From Clostridiaceae bacterium (GTDB lineage Bacteria > Bacillota > Clostridia > Saccharofermentanales > DTU023): a DNA stretch of 64,000 nucleotides. The translations under genes were made by a program, and so were the position numbers. The notes beneath the pieces are model-generated. The model worked only from the letters and a program-made list of their open reading frames with translations. It searched no databases and was not told where the DNA came from. The stretch lies in NCBI GenBank assembly GCA_012838795.1, contig DUOO01000033.1, positions 64,058 to 128,057 of the forward strand, in the 5' to 3' direction. Below, piece by piece: positions 40,734 to 51,087 of the stretch. The number at the start of each line of letters is the position of its first letter. Position 1 is the stretch's first letter.

Positions 40734-42053
40734 ATGTTTAAAACGTCAGAATGGGAACAAGCGTTAGAAGAGGGAATTTTAGATAATACGATCAGAAAGT
40801 TAGCTGTTATTCCTTCAGAAAATCCGATTCCTCAAAATTTGAAACAAAGATTTTTGAATGTTATGCAGGGATTTATCGATGCTTTCAAAGATCCGAATGA
40901 TCCTAAAACTTCTGATCCGGAAGTAGCTTTTTTTTCTGCTCCCGGACGCACGGAACTGATTGGAAATCATACTGATCATCAACAAGGCCAGGTTTTGGCA
41001 GCTGCTGTTAATATGGATGTTTGGGCCTTTGCAGCACCGAATAATATTGGTAAGCTGCGCTATGCCTCATATGGGTGGCCCTCGTTTGAAGTCGAAATTC
41101 AAGATTGGGAACCGAATGAAGACGAATATGGTTCAACTAATGCTTTGCTGAAAGGTGTAGCAGCTTGTTTTGTCAATAAAGGATATGAAGCTTTAGGTGT
41201 TGACATTTTCAGTCAATCAACAGTTTTACCCGGTTCCGGACTTTCTTCATCCGCATCAATTGAAGTATTATTTGCAGTAGTTTTGAATCATTTCTGGGCA
41301 GCAGATAAAGAGAATGCCGAAGCTTTGGCTAAAATAGGACAAATAGCTGAGAATAAATATTTTGGCAAACCGTCGGGTTTAATGGATCAAATGGCTTCTG
41401 CAGTTGGACAAGCGGTACATATCGATTTCAAAAATGAGCAGGAACCGATAATCGTACCTGTAGCTTTAGATTTGGAAAAAGAAGGCTATGCCTTATGCAT
41501 TATAGATTCAGGTGCGGATCATGCCGATTTGACCGATGAATATGCTGCGATTACTCAAGAAATGTTTGCAGTAGCTGAGAAACTGGGGGTTAAAGTTCTG
41601 CGCTCAGCAGATCAGGATAAATTTTTTGCTGAAATATCTTCAATACGACAAGCATTAGGTGATCGTGCTGTTCTGCGGGCAATGCATTTCTTCGATGAAA
41701 ATGATCGGGTTGCAGCAGCAGCGAAAAATATCAGAGATGGTAACTTTCTTGAATTTCTCAGATTGATTAATGATTCCGGAGAATCTTCCTGGTGTTATCT
41801 GCAAAACATTTCACCAACCGGTGAAATAAAACATCAGGCAATGGGTGTGACGATAGCTTTGGCAAAACATGCTTTGGCCGGCACGGGTGCGGTTAGAGTA
41901 CATGGTGGCGGATTTGCCGGAACCGTACAAGCATTTGTTCCTATTGAAAAATTAATCGACTTTCAAAAACAAATCGACTCCGCCTTAAGTGAGGGCAGTT
42001 GTCATATCGTGCAAATTCGTTCTGTTGGCGGATTTGCTTTAGGTCAACCGTAA
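40734..42053 (+). CDS. Galactokinase-family GHMP kinase (substrate uncertain)
   Basis: GRTELIGNHTDHQQG (GalK signature variant) and PGSGLSSSASIEV (GHMP ATP motif). ATG at 40734 with a GAGAGGAGAG RBS. No galT or galE adjacent. Confidence 0.75.
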   Translation: MFKTSEWEQALEEGILDNTIRKLAVIPSENPIPQNLKQRFLNVMQGFIDAFKDPNDPKTSDPEVAFFSAPGRTELIGNHTDHQQGQVLAAAVNMDVWAFAAPNNIGKLRYASYGWPSFEVEIQDWEPNEDEYGSTNALLKGVAACFVNKGYEALGVDIFSQSTVLPGSGLSSSASIEVLFAVVLNHFWAADKENAEALAKIGQIAENKYFGKPSGLMDQMASAVGQAVHIDFKNEQEPIIVPVALDLEKEGYALCIIDSGADHADLTDEYAAITQEMFAVAEKLGVKVLRSADQDKFFAEISSIRQALGDRAVLRAMHFFDENDRVAAAAKNIRDGNFLEFLRLINDSGESSWCYLQNISPTGEIKHQAMGVTIALAKHALAGTGAVRVHGGGFAGTVQAFVPIEKLIDFQKQIDSALSEGSCHIVQIRSVGGFALGQP

Positions 42054-42130
42054 ACGCTGACTTGATTCTTAAACAATCTGAGATACTATTAAAATTCCAA
42101 GTTATTGAAATTAGATCACTTTGAAAGGCT

Positions 42131-42166
42131 TATTTCATTGAATGAAATATTGGCTTGTATTATAAT
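42131..42166 (+). promoter_or_regulatory. pta-ackA promoter overlapped by a 19-nt perfect palindrome
   Basis: TTGAAT (42138-42143), 17-nt spacer, TATAAT (42161-42166). The palindrome TATTTCATT-G-AATGAAATA (42131-42149) covers the -35 box. Confidence 0.5.
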
Positions 42167-42274
42167 ATCCAGTATTAATTTACATATTGAAAAGACTGCT
42201 TTTCAAGTATCAGATAACTATATTTGGTATTAAGTTATTTACAAAAACATATAATTAGTTGAAAGAGGTGTGAA

Positions 42275-43270
42275 ATGACAGATTTTATCAACGGAATTTT
42301 TGAAAAAGCTAAGAAAAATCGTAAAAAAATCGTTTTGCCGGAAACTGAAGACCCGAGAGTAACTGAGGCAGCTTCAAAAATAATTGCTGACGGAATCGCT
42401 GATGTAATTTTGATCGGAGATGAAGATAAAATTAAATCGGTGACACCGGAGTATTCTTTAGAAGGTGCCGAGTACATTGATCCCAACTCATATGATAAAT
42501 ATGATGATTTTGTTGAAATTTTCCATGAAATGCGTAAAAAAAGAGGTATGACTGAAGATGAAGCACGTAAGATGATGCTTAATCCTGTATACTTCGGTAT
42601 GATGCTGGTTCATCAAGGGGTTGCGGACGGTTTGGTAGCCGGCGCCGTTAACAGTACTGCAAATGTTCTGCGTCCTGCTTTGCAGATCTTACGCACTAAG
42701 CCCGGTACCAAATTAGTATCAGCTTTCTTTGTTATGGTTACAAAAACAGATTTGGGTTCAAACGGTACGCTTCTTTTTGCTGACTGCGCATTGAATGAAA
42801 ATCCGGATGCTGAACAATTATCGGAAATTGCAATTTCCTCAGCTCATTCATTCCGTGAATTAATTGGTGAAGAGCCTGTCGTTGCGATGACTTCATATTC
42901 GAGTTTTGGCAGTGCGTCAAGTGAAATGGTAGATAAAGTGATTGAAGCTACTAAATTGGCGCAGGAGAAAGCACCGGAATTACTGATAGATGGTGAAATG
43001 CAAATTGACACTGCCTTATCACCTGTAACAAGCGAGAAAAAAGCACCGGGCAATAAAGTTGGCGGTAAAGCAAATGTTTTGGTATTCCCGGATCTTAATA
43101 CAGGAAATATAGGTTATAAGTTAGTTCAATATCTGGGCGGAGCGGAAGCATACGGTCCGGTACTGCAAGGTATTGCCAAGCCTGTAAACGATCTTTCACG
43201 CGGTTGTTCGGTCAGTGATATAGTCGGTGTTGTAGGAATTACTGCCGTTTTGGCTCAAATGGAAGAATAA
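42275..43270 (+). CDS. pta: Phosphate acetyltransferase
   Basis: KKIVLPE.EDPRV..AA, GLVAGAVNSTANVLRPALQI and VFPDLNTGNIGYKL motifs. Confidence 0.95.
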   Translation: MTDFINGIFEKAKKNRKKIVLPETEDPRVTEAASKIIADGIADVILIGDEDKIKSVTPEYSLEGAEYIDPNSYDKYDDFVEIFHEMRKKRGMTEDEARKMMLNPVYFGMMLVHQGVADGLVAGAVNSTANVLRPALQILRTKPGTKLVSAFFVMVTKTDLGSNGTLLFADCALNENPDAEQLSEIAISSAHSFRELIGEEPVVAMTSYSSFGSASSEMVDKVIEATKLAQEKAPELLIDGEMQIDTALSPVTSEKKAPGNKVGGKANVLVFPDLNTGNIGYKLVQYLGGAEAYGPVLQGIAKPVNDLSRGCSVSDIVGVVGITAVLAQMEE

Positions 43271-43295
43271 TAAATAATAAATATCAGGAGTTATT

Positions 43296-44492
43296 ATGAA
43301 GATTTTAGTTGTAAATGCAGGAAGTTCATCCTTAAAATATCAGTTATTCGGTTTGGAATCTGAAAAACGATCGGTTTTGGCAAACGGATTATGTGAAAGA
43401 ATCGGTATTGACGGTTCTAATTTAAAACATGAAACAGAAGATGGCAGAGTGTATAATGTTGAAGTTGAAATGTCTGATCATACAGTTGCGGTTAAATTAG
43501 TAATTGATGCATTACTTTCAGCCGACCACGGTGTTTTATCCAGTTTATCCGAAGTGGATGCAGTTGGGCACAGAGTAGTTCACGGTGGTGAAAAGTTTGC
43601 CAATTCAGTAATCATTGACGAAGAAGTCAAGGAAGCGATAAAAGAATGTTATCCTTTGGCACCTTTACATAATCCGGCAAATATGATGGGAATTGAAGCT
43701 TGTGAAAAAGCGATGCCCGGTATTATCCAAGTAGCTGTTTTTGATACTGCTTTCCATCAAACCCTTCCCAGTAAAGCATATATGTATGCTTTACCATATG
43801 AATTATATGAGAAACATGCAATTCGGCGCTACGGATTCCACGGTACATCACATGCTTTTGTTTCAGAGAAAGCAATGCAGTTGATGGATGATCCGAATGC
43901 GAAGATTATAACTTGCCATTTAGGTAACGGATCCTCGATTGCTGCAATTGATGCAGGAAAATCAATTGATACTTCAATGGGAATGACACCGTTAGCAGGT
44001 GTACCTATGGGTACGAGATGCGGCGATATAGATCCGGCAGTTGTCACATATTTGTTAGAACACGAAAATTTGACTCCTGCGGAAGTTGACAATTTAATGA
44101 ACAAAGAAAGTGGTTTCTTCGGTATTTCCGGAGTCAGTTCAGATTGTCGCGACTTACAAGCTGCAGCTGATGAGGGCAATCCGCGAGCAGAGCTGACACT
44201 TAGAATGTTCGGTTATCATTGCAGCAAATATATCGGTGCATATACTGCGGCTTTGGGCGGATTAGATGCAATAGTGTTTACTGCAGGAATTGGTGAGAAT
44301 ACTCCGCGCTTACGCGAAGATATTTTAGGTAAATTAGGATATCTGGGTATTGAATTGGATAAAGAATTAAATTACGGAAAAATTGGCGATTATCAGCTGA
44401 TTTCAGCTGAAAATTCCAAAGTTAAAGTTTATGTAATTCGCACAAATGAAGAATTGAAAATTGCACAGGAAACAGCTGCGTTAAAAGTTTAA
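43296..44492 (+). CDS. ackA: Acetate kinase
   Basis: KILVVNAGSSSLKYQLF, GHRVVHGG, RYGFHGTSH and FTAGIGEN motifs. Confidence 0.97.
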   Translation: MKILVVNAGSSSLKYQLFGLESEKRSVLANGLCERIGIDGSNLKHETEDGRVYNVEVEMSDHTVAVKLVIDALLSADHGVLSSLSEVDAVGHRVVHGGEKFANSVIIDEEVKEAIKECYPLAPLHNPANMMGIEACEKAMPGIIQVAVFDTAFHQTLPSKAYMYALPYELYEKHAIRRYGFHGTSHAFVSEKAMQLMDDPNAKIITCHLGNGSSIAAIDAGKSIDTSMGMTPLAGVPMGTRCGDIDPAVVTYLLEHENLTPAEVDNLMNKESGFFGISGVSSDCRDLQAAADEGNPRAELTLRMFGYHCSKYIGAYTAALGGLDAIVFTAGIGENTPRLREDILGKLGYLGIELDKELNYGKIGDYQLISAENSKVKVYVIRTNEELKIAQETAALKV

Positions 44493-44933
44493 ATGAATAA
44501 ATCGCAACAAGTAATTATTAATATAGTCAGTGAACAATGGGTGACCGGTGAAGTTCTTGAACCAATGAAATTCATGACAACCGGTCTCTTAACTCATGAT
44601 GAAAAAAACAATGAATGGACTGTCAGTTATAATGAGAGTGAGGCCACAGGTATGACCGGAACTCAGACTAGTTTAAGACTTACCAAAGAAGGACATGTTC
44701 ATTTTCGCAGGACCGGTTCGATTCAAATGGATGTACTGTTTGAGTCGGGAAATCATTTCATTTCTCAGATGGAAACACCGTTTGGTTTATTAGATATTTC
44801 GATTTTAACTAATGAAGTAAAAGGTAATCTTTCGGAGCTGGGCGGTGAGTTGACTTTAGGCTATTCACTAAATGTTCCGCAACAAGAAAATGTCAGTACT
44901 AAATTAAATTTAACTGTTGCACCCAAGACTTGA
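44493..44933 (+). CDS. DUF1934 (YwiB-like beta-barrel) protein
   Basis: 146 aa. The layout and the METPFGLL segment resemble B. subtilis YwiB as I recall it. It lacks the Cys motifs of YceD/DUF177, which more often precedes rpmF. Confidence 0.5.
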   Translation: MNKSQQVIINIVSEQWVTGEVLEPMKFMTTGLLTHDEKNNEWTVSYNESEATGMTGTQTSLRLTKEGHVHFRRTGSIQMDVLFESGNHFISQMETPFGLLDISILTNEVKGNLSELGGELTLGYSLNVPQQENVSTKLNLTVAPKT

Positions 44934-45002
44934 CACAGTGGATATTTTATATCATAATTCTTTGGTGTTAATGATTTAGGTTCTGGATGGAGGTTGATAT
45001 AT

Positions 45003-45182
45003 ATGGCAGTTCCAAAGAGAAGATGGTCGAAAGCAAGATCAAGACGTTCCCGTTCTAATTGGAAAGTTAAGTCACCCGGTCTTGTGGAATGCCCGCAATG
45101 CCACGAGTTAAGAATGAGCCATCGGGTTTGCAAAAACTGTGGCTATTATGACGGTCGTGAAATAATAGAACAAGACGTATAG
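45003..45182 (+). CDS. rpmF: 50S ribosomal protein L32
   Basis: MAVPKRRWSKARSRRSR...CPQCHE...HRVCKNCGYY (zinc-ribbon form). GGAGG RBS precedes the ATG at 45003. Confidence 0.95.
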   Translation: MAVPKRRWSKARSRRSRSNWKVKSPGLVECPQCHELRMSHRVCKNCGYYDGREIIEQDV

Positions 45183-45217
45183 ATTTTTTGAATTTCTTGT
45201 TTTAGATAAAAGATTTG

Positions 45218-45253
45218 AAGCAGCGGGATTTTGATATAGACTCGCTGCTTTTT
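45218..45253 (+). terminator. Intrinsic terminator after rpmF
   Basis: AAGCAGCG (45218-45225) pairs with CGCTGCTT (45243-45250), followed by a T-run. Confidence 0.7.
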
Positions 45254-45305
45254 ACGTTACTGATATTGATATATTTAAAAGAATGATTGAAAGTGAAAAA
45301 TCGAT

Positions 45306-46667
45306 ATGTTAAAACCGATTGTTGCAGTAATAGGCAGACCGAATGTCGGTAAATCAACATTTTTTAATGCTGTCATTGGTGAGAGAATATCCATCGTGGA
45401 TGATACCCCCGGAGTTACACGTGATCGAATATATGCTGATACGGAATGGCTGGGCCGGGAAATAACTTTTATTGATACCGGAGGCATTGAACCGGATATT
45501 TCGGATGATCTTTTATCAGCGATGCGTAATCAGGCAGAAATAGCGATAGATACAGCAGATGTTATTATCTTTATGTGCGATCTGAAAACAGGTATTTTGC
45601 CGGCGGATCATGAGATTGCGACTATGCTTCGAAAATCGGGTAAACCGATAATTTTAGTAGTAAATAAAGCAGATACACCGGCAAATTTACCGCCGGAAAT
45701 TTATGATTTTTATCAATTGGGACTGGGTGAGTTCATTCCTGTTTCAGCCTCACACCGTCTCGGCTTTATGGAAGTCCTTGATCAAGTTCTGGCCAGTCTG
45801 CCCGAGCAAACAATTGCTGAACAAGATGCTCATAGAATTGCGGTAGCAGTCATCGGTAAGCCAAATGTTGGAAAATCATCATTGATAAACTATTTACTGC
45901 AGGAAGAACGGACAATTGTTTCCGACCAAGCCGGTACAACTCGCGATGCTATTGATGTTTTATTTGAACATTCAACAGGATCATATCGTTTGATTGATAC
46001 TGCCGGTTTGCGCAGAAGAAGCAGGATAAAAGACAAAGTTGAGAAATATAGTAATTTAAGAACTGAAGCGGCAATTAAACGTTCAGATGTTTGCTTAATT
46101 ATGGTCGATGCTCTTGACGGTATTACGGAACAAGATACAAAAGTTGCAGGATTGGCACATAATAACGGTAAAGCAGCCATTTTTGTTATTAACAAATGGG
46201 ATTTAATTGATAATAAAGAAGAATTGATGTCTGAGATAACGTCGGACATTAAACAGCGATTTAATTTTATGAGCTATGCTCCGCTGATTTTTGTTTCTGC
46301 CAGAACCGGACAACGAATTGATAAGATTTTCGATTTAATTACTGAAGTTTACCAAGAAGCAAATAAACGTTTGTCTACTACAGTAATCAACGAGGTTCTC
46401 GCAGAAGCTATAGCAATGAATCCTGCGCCGCAAGACAAGGGCCGTCGTCTTAAAATTCTGTATGCGACTCAAGTGGCAGTTGGACCTCCGCAATTTGTGT
46501 TTTTTGTTAATAATAAAGATTTATTACATTTCTCTTATGAGCGCTATCTCGAAAACCAATTTCGTTTAAACTTCGGTTTTGAAGGAACGCCAATTTTCTT
46601 TATCTGGCGAAACCGCAAAAGAAATGAGGAATTGACGGAAATTTTCAGGCAAAGAGATTCAGAGTAA
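45306..46667 (+). CDS. der: Ribosome-associated GTPase Der (EngA), tandem G domains
   Basis: Two GRPNVGKST / GKPNVGKSS Walker A motifs, two DTGG/DTAG motifs, NKAD / NKWD, and a KH-like C-terminus. Confidence 0.95.
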   Translation: MLKPIVAVIGRPNVGKSTFFNAVIGERISIVDDTPGVTRDRIYADTEWLGREITFIDTGGIEPDISDDLLSAMRNQAEIAIDTADVIIFMCDLKTGILPADHEIATMLRKSGKPIILVVNKADTPANLPPEIYDFYQLGLGEFIPVSASHRLGFMEVLDQVLASLPEQTIAEQDAHRIAVAVIGKPNVGKSSLINYLLQEERTIVSDQAGTTRDAIDVLFEHSTGSYRLIDTAGLRRRSRIKDKVEKYSNLRTEAAIKRSDVCLIMVDALDGITEQDTKVAGLAHNNGKAAIFVINKWDLIDNKEELMSEITSDIKQRFNFMSYAPLIFVSARTGQRIDKIFDLITEVYQEANKRLSTTVINEVLAEAIAMNPAPQDKGRRLKILYATQVAVGPPQFVFFVNNKDLLHFSYERYLENQFRLNFGFEGTPIFFIWRNRKRNEELTEIFRQRDSE

Positions 46668-46773
46668 TGGGAAATTTAGTTTGAAAGAGAATTTCTGAAA
46701 CAATATTAAATCGATTTTCGGAGAATATAATGAAATTAAACAGAATTCAATTAAACAGGAAGATTAAATATTG

Positions 46774-48615
46774 ATGAAAAAGATTCGCAACATAGCAATT
46801 ATCGCACATGTTGATCATGGTAAAACGACTTTGGTCGATGCACTTTTGCAGCAAAGCGGAGTTTTTGACGAACATCAAGCTGTGATTGAACAAGTCATGG
46901 ATTCCAATGATTTGGAGAGAGAACGCGGTATTACGATCCTTTCAAAAAATACGGCAGTTCAATATAAAGATTATCGTATAAATATTGTTGATACTCCGGG
47001 ACATGCTGATTTTGGCGGAGAAGTGGAACGGGTTTTAAAAATGGTTGATGGTGTCTTACTGATTATTGATGCTTTTGACGGTCCTATGCCACAGACCCGT
47101 TTTGTATTGAGAAAAACCTTAGAAAAAAAACTCCAACCGATTGTAATAATCAATAAAATTGACCGCCCCGATGCCAGACCGGCAGAAGTTTTGGATTTGG
47201 TATATGAGTTATTTATCGAATTAGACGCAACCGATGAACAAATTGATTTTCCGGTATTGTATTCATCGGCTAAAAATGGAGCGGCATTTACCGAATTACC
47301 ACAAGAAATCACTCCCGAATTAATTGCGAACAGTTCAATTGAACCGATTTTTCGAACAATAGTTGAGAAAATACCGGAACCGCAAGGATCAGTGGATGCA
47401 GCTTTTCAAATGTTAGTATCTAATATTGATTATGATTCTTATTTAGGCAGAATTGCGATTGGGAAAATAGAGAACGGCTTTGTTCATAATAAGCAAGAAG
47501 TTGTAATTGTAAATCATCATGATCCGAATAAAAAGATTGTAGGTAAGATCGGTAAATTGATGATATTTCAAGGCTTGGAACGCAAAGAAATCACAAGAGC
47601 TGAAGTCGGAGAAATTGTTGCTGTTACCGGTCTTGATCATTTATTAATCGGAGATACGATCTGTGATCCGGAAAAACCGGACGCTTTATCGTTTGTAAAG
47701 ATTGATGAACCGACAATTTCAATGACTTTTGCAGTTAATGACAGTCCGTTTGCAGGCAGAGAAGGCGAATTTGTGACGAGCAGGCATTTAAGAGCCAGAC
47801 TTGAGCGTGAAACATATACCAATATTTCTATGCAAATGGAAGAAACCATGACAACCGAACAATTTGTTGTCAAAGGTCGAGGAGAATTACATTTATCGAT
47901 TCTGATTGAAACGATGAGACGTGAAGGTTATGAGTTTCAGGTTTCAAAACCGCAAATAATTGCAAAAGAAATCGACAGCAAACTATATGAACCGGAAGAA
48001 CTGGTCATGATTGATGTACCCAATGATTATTCCGGCATAGTAATTGAAAAGCTCAATCAGCGTAAAGCCGAACTGATAAGCATGTCACCTCCGTCACGCG
48101 GCTATACCAGAATGGAGTTCAAAATCCCGGCACGCGGCTTGATCGGGTATCGTTCCGAGTTTTTGACCGACACCAGAGGCAATGGTATAATTAATAGCGT
48201 TATTGACGGTTTTATGCCGTGGAAAGGCGATATCGAAAGCAGAAATCACGGTGTTCTTATATCATACGAAACAGGTATTGCGGTAACATACGGTTTACAT
48301 AATGCACAAGCCAGAGGTGAACTTTTTATCTCGTCCGGAACGGATGTTTATCAAGGTCAAATCATAGGACGAACTATGCAAAAAGAGGATGTAACGGTAA
48401 ATGTTTGTCGCCGCAAACATGCAACAAATATCAGAGCAGCAGGCAGTGATGATGCTTTAAAATTAACACCGCAATTGCAATTTAGTTTGGAACAGTATTT
48501 GGAATTTGTAGAAGATGATGAATGGATTGAGGTAACTCCGAAGAATATCAGAATTAGAAAGAAAATTCTGGATCATGCCCAAAGATTACGCACCAATAAA
48601 GCAAAATCTTCATAA
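46774..48615 (+). CDS. typA: Translational GTPase TypA/BipA
   Basis: [33 protein letters not shown] and NKIDR, at the EF-G-like length without domain IV. Confidence 0.95.
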   Translation: MKKIRNIAIIAHVDHGKTTLVDALLQQSGVFDEHQAVIEQVMDSNDLERERGITILSKNTAVQYKDYRINIVDTPGHADFGGEVERVLKMVDGVLLIIDAFDGPMPQTRFVLRKTLEKKLQPIVIINKIDRPDARPAEVLDLVYELFIELDATDEQIDFPVLYSSAKNGAAFTELPQEITPELIANSSIEPIFRTIVEKIPEPQGSVDAAFQMLVSNIDYDSYLGRIAIGKIENGFVHNKQEVVIVNHHDPNKKIVGKIGKLMIFQGLERKEITRAEVGEIVAVTGLDHLLIGDTICDPEKPDALSFVKIDEPTISMTFAVNDSPFAGREGEFVTSRHLRARLERETYTNISMQMEETMTTEQFVVKGRGELHLSILIETMRREGYEFQVSKPQIIAKEIDSKLYEPEELVMIDVPNDYSGIVIEKLNQRKAELISMSPPSRGYTRMEFKIPARGLIGYRSEFLTDTRGNGIINSVIDGFMPWKGDIESRNHGVLISYETGIAVTYGLHNAQARGELFISSGTDVYQGQIIGRTMQKEDVTVNVCRRKHATNIRAAGSDDALKLTPQLQFSLEQYLEFVEDDEWIEVTPKNIRIRKKILDHAQRLRTNKAKSS

Positions 48616-48685
48616 AATATGTGTTGAAAGTATTTGATTACCGGAGCAAAACAGAAACAATAATTTTGAAAAACGGAGCTTTTAA

Positions 48686-49831
48686 ATGTCATCAAAGATA
48701 ATTAAAACGATAATAATATTTGCCTGTACAGCGTTTTTAATTATGGTTGCTTTTGTGGGTTTTATTAACGGTTTCGAATACGTTAAAGCTCAAGATCAAC
48801 GTTTAACCAACTTAAAACAACGATTTGAAGAAAAAGGCAGTTCGCCGATCACCGAATATACCCCGGGCGCTGTTGAGGTAACTATACCGCGAGCTGCGAC
48901 CAGTGATGACATTGCGAACCTTCTTAAAGAGAAAAAATTAATAGGCAGTACGTTTTCATTTAAGATATTATCAAAGTTCAACGGATTTGACGGTAAATAT
49001 CAGGCAGGAACGCATTATTTGACACCGGAGATGAGTTATGATGAAATGATGTATCTTCTGACTCATCAGCCTGAAGCAATCGTTATTACGATTCCTGAGG
49101 GTTTTACATATAAACAAATGCAGCAAAGATTAATTGATTCCGGACTCAATATTGATGTTGAATATATGGATGATTTGGTAAGACGACCAAATGCTTTTAT
49201 TGATTATCCGTTTATAAGAAATATTCAGGTGCATGAACAACGGACTTGGATGTTACAAGGGTATTTATGGCCCGATACCTATCGTTTTGATCCCAGTATG
49301 GATGAAATTGATATCTTAAGAATGTTCTTGAATAATACCTATAATAAATTGACAACAGGAAATTATGAAGAACGTGCTGCTGAAATGGGCTTAAGCATTG
49401 ATCAAGTACTAACCTTGGCATCGGTAGTGCAAACCGAAGGGACAACTTCAGAAATGTACAAAATAGGGCGGGTTTTCCTTAATCGTTTGAATGCGGGAAT
49501 GAAGCTGGAATCATGTGCGACTATCAACTACTTGCGACTTGAAAATAATGAAAAACCTGTTTTCTGGGTACAGCAAACCGACTTGGATCGTTTTCAATAT
49601 AATCCGTATAATACCTATTCATATGACGGATTACCGCCGGGTCCGATCAATAATCCCGGTTTGGCTGCGATTGAAGGTGTGCTCTGGCCTGCCACAGAAA
49701 GAACTTGGCCGGAAGCTTTAGAATATTATTATTTCTGTGCGGATGGAAAAGGAAATAATGTTTTTGCTAAAACTTATGAAGAACAATTAGAAAATGTTGA
49801 GTTCTATCGTTCGAAAAATGAGGAAGAATGA
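48686..49831 (+). CDS. mltG: Endolytic murein transglycosylase MltG (YceG-like)
   Basis: N-terminal TM, a LysM-like segment, EGYLWPDTY and TLASVVQTEG motifs. Confidence 0.88.
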   Translation: MSSKIIKTIIIFACTAFLIMVAFVGFINGFEYVKAQDQRLTNLKQRFEEKGSSPITEYTPGAVEVTIPRAATSDDIANLLKEKKLIGSTFSFKILSKFNGFDGKYQAGTHYLTPEMSYDEMMYLLTHQPEAIVITIPEGFTYKQMQQRLIDSGLNIDVEYMDDLVRRPNAFIDYPFIRNIQVHEQRTWMLQGYLWPDTYRFDPSMDEIDILRMFLNNTYNKLTTGNYEERAAEMGLSIDQVLTLASVVQTEGTTSEMYKIGRVFLNRLNAGMKLESCATINYLRLENNEKPVFWVQQTDLDRFQYNPYNTYSYDGLPPGPINNPGLAAIEGVLWPATERTWPEALEYYYFCADGKGNNVFAKTYEEQLENVEFYRSKNEEE

Positions 49832-51087
49832 TGATTGAATTATTGGCACCGGCAGGTAATTTTGAAAAGCTGGAAAAAGTAATTCAATATGGTGCAGATG
49901 CTGTCTATCTGGGCTTAAATCAGTTTAATTTACGGGCTGCAGGCGGCAACTTTAATCTGTATGATCAATTGCCGCAAGCGATTGAATTGGCACATAAAAA
50001 TGGGGTGAAAGCTTATCTTACATTAAACAGTCTGGTACGCGATCATGATTTTGCTGACTTGGAAATGACGATAAAAGCTCTGCCTGCAACAGGCATTGAT
50101 GCTGTTATTGTCACTGATCCCGGCGTCTTGCAAATGGTTCGAAAATTTGCCCCCGAGCTTGCTATACATATCAGCACACAAAGCAGTGTCTTAAATTCAC
50201 AAACAGCAATGTTTTGGTACGAGCAAGGAGTCACCAGAATCATTTTAGCACGCGAGCTCTCTTTAACAGATATAAGAACTATGCGTCAAAATATCCCGGA
50301 AGATTTAGAGTTGGAAGCATTTGTTCATGGTGCAATGTGTATGTCTTATTCCGGTCGATGCATTCTTTCTGATTATTTCAATGCTCGCTCCGGTAATCGC
50401 GGAGCTTGCACTCAACCTTGCCGCTGGAAATATCAAACGGATTCCTTGATCTTACGTGAAAAAGGTCATCCGGATAAACCGATTATTTTGGAACAAGACC
50501 AACACGGATCGTATTTATTGAGTTCATCGGATCTTTGTATGATTGAATATATACCGCAATTGGCTGAAGCAGGAATAACCAGTCTGAAAATTGAAGGCAG
50601 AACCAAGAGTGCTTTCTATGCCTCAGTTGTGGTCAAAACATACCGGCAGGCTTTGGATGCATATTTAGCTGATCCTGACGGTTATCAAGTTGATCCTGCA
50701 TGGCTTGAAGCTCTGGAGCAAACGGTTCATCGTCATTTTGACACCGGATTCTTTTTCCAGGATACTACTAAGCCTTTGGCGGAACAGGAATCAAAAATCC
50801 ATGCAGAGAAAACTATGTATAAACAAGCAAAAGTTATTGCTGAAGTCAGAGATAATCTTGAAAATAACTATTTGGTATTAGAGCAAAAAAACAAAATAGA
50901 ACGTGGAGCTATTGTTGAATTAATTATGCCTGATCAGGATAAAATTGATTTAAAATTAAACGAATTATTCGATCTTAATCATCAACCTATTGAATCTACA
51001 CCTCATGCACGGATGCTGTTTTTAATTCCTTATGAGAATGCTGAAGAGATTCCAAAAGGTTCTTATTTAAAGCAAGTTTTATCTTAA
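49828..51087 (+). CDS. Peptidase U32 family protein
   Basis: IELLAPAGN..KL..A...GADAVYLG start and E.FVHGAMCMSYSGRC.LS motif. ATGA overlap with the mltG stop. Confidence 0.88.
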   Translation: MMIELLAPAGNFEKLEKVIQYGADAVYLGLNQFNLRAAGGNFNLYDQLPQAIELAHKNGVKAYLTLNSLVRDHDFADLEMTIKALPATGIDAVIVTDPGVLQMVRKFAPELAIHISTQSSVLNSQTAMFWYEQGVTRIILARELSLTDIRTMRQNIPEDLELEAFVHGAMCMSYSGRCILSDYFNARSGNRGACTQPCRWKYQTDSLILREKGHPDKPIILEQDQHGSYLLSSSDLCMIEYIPQLAEAGITSLKIEGRTKSAFYASVVVKTYRQALDAYLADPDGYQVDPAWLEALEQTVHRHFDTGFFFQDTTKPLAEQESKIHAEKTMYKQAKVIAEVRDNLENNYLVLEQKNKIERGAIVELIMPDQDKIDLKLNELFDLNHQPIESTPHARMLFLIPYENAEEIPKGSYLKQVLS

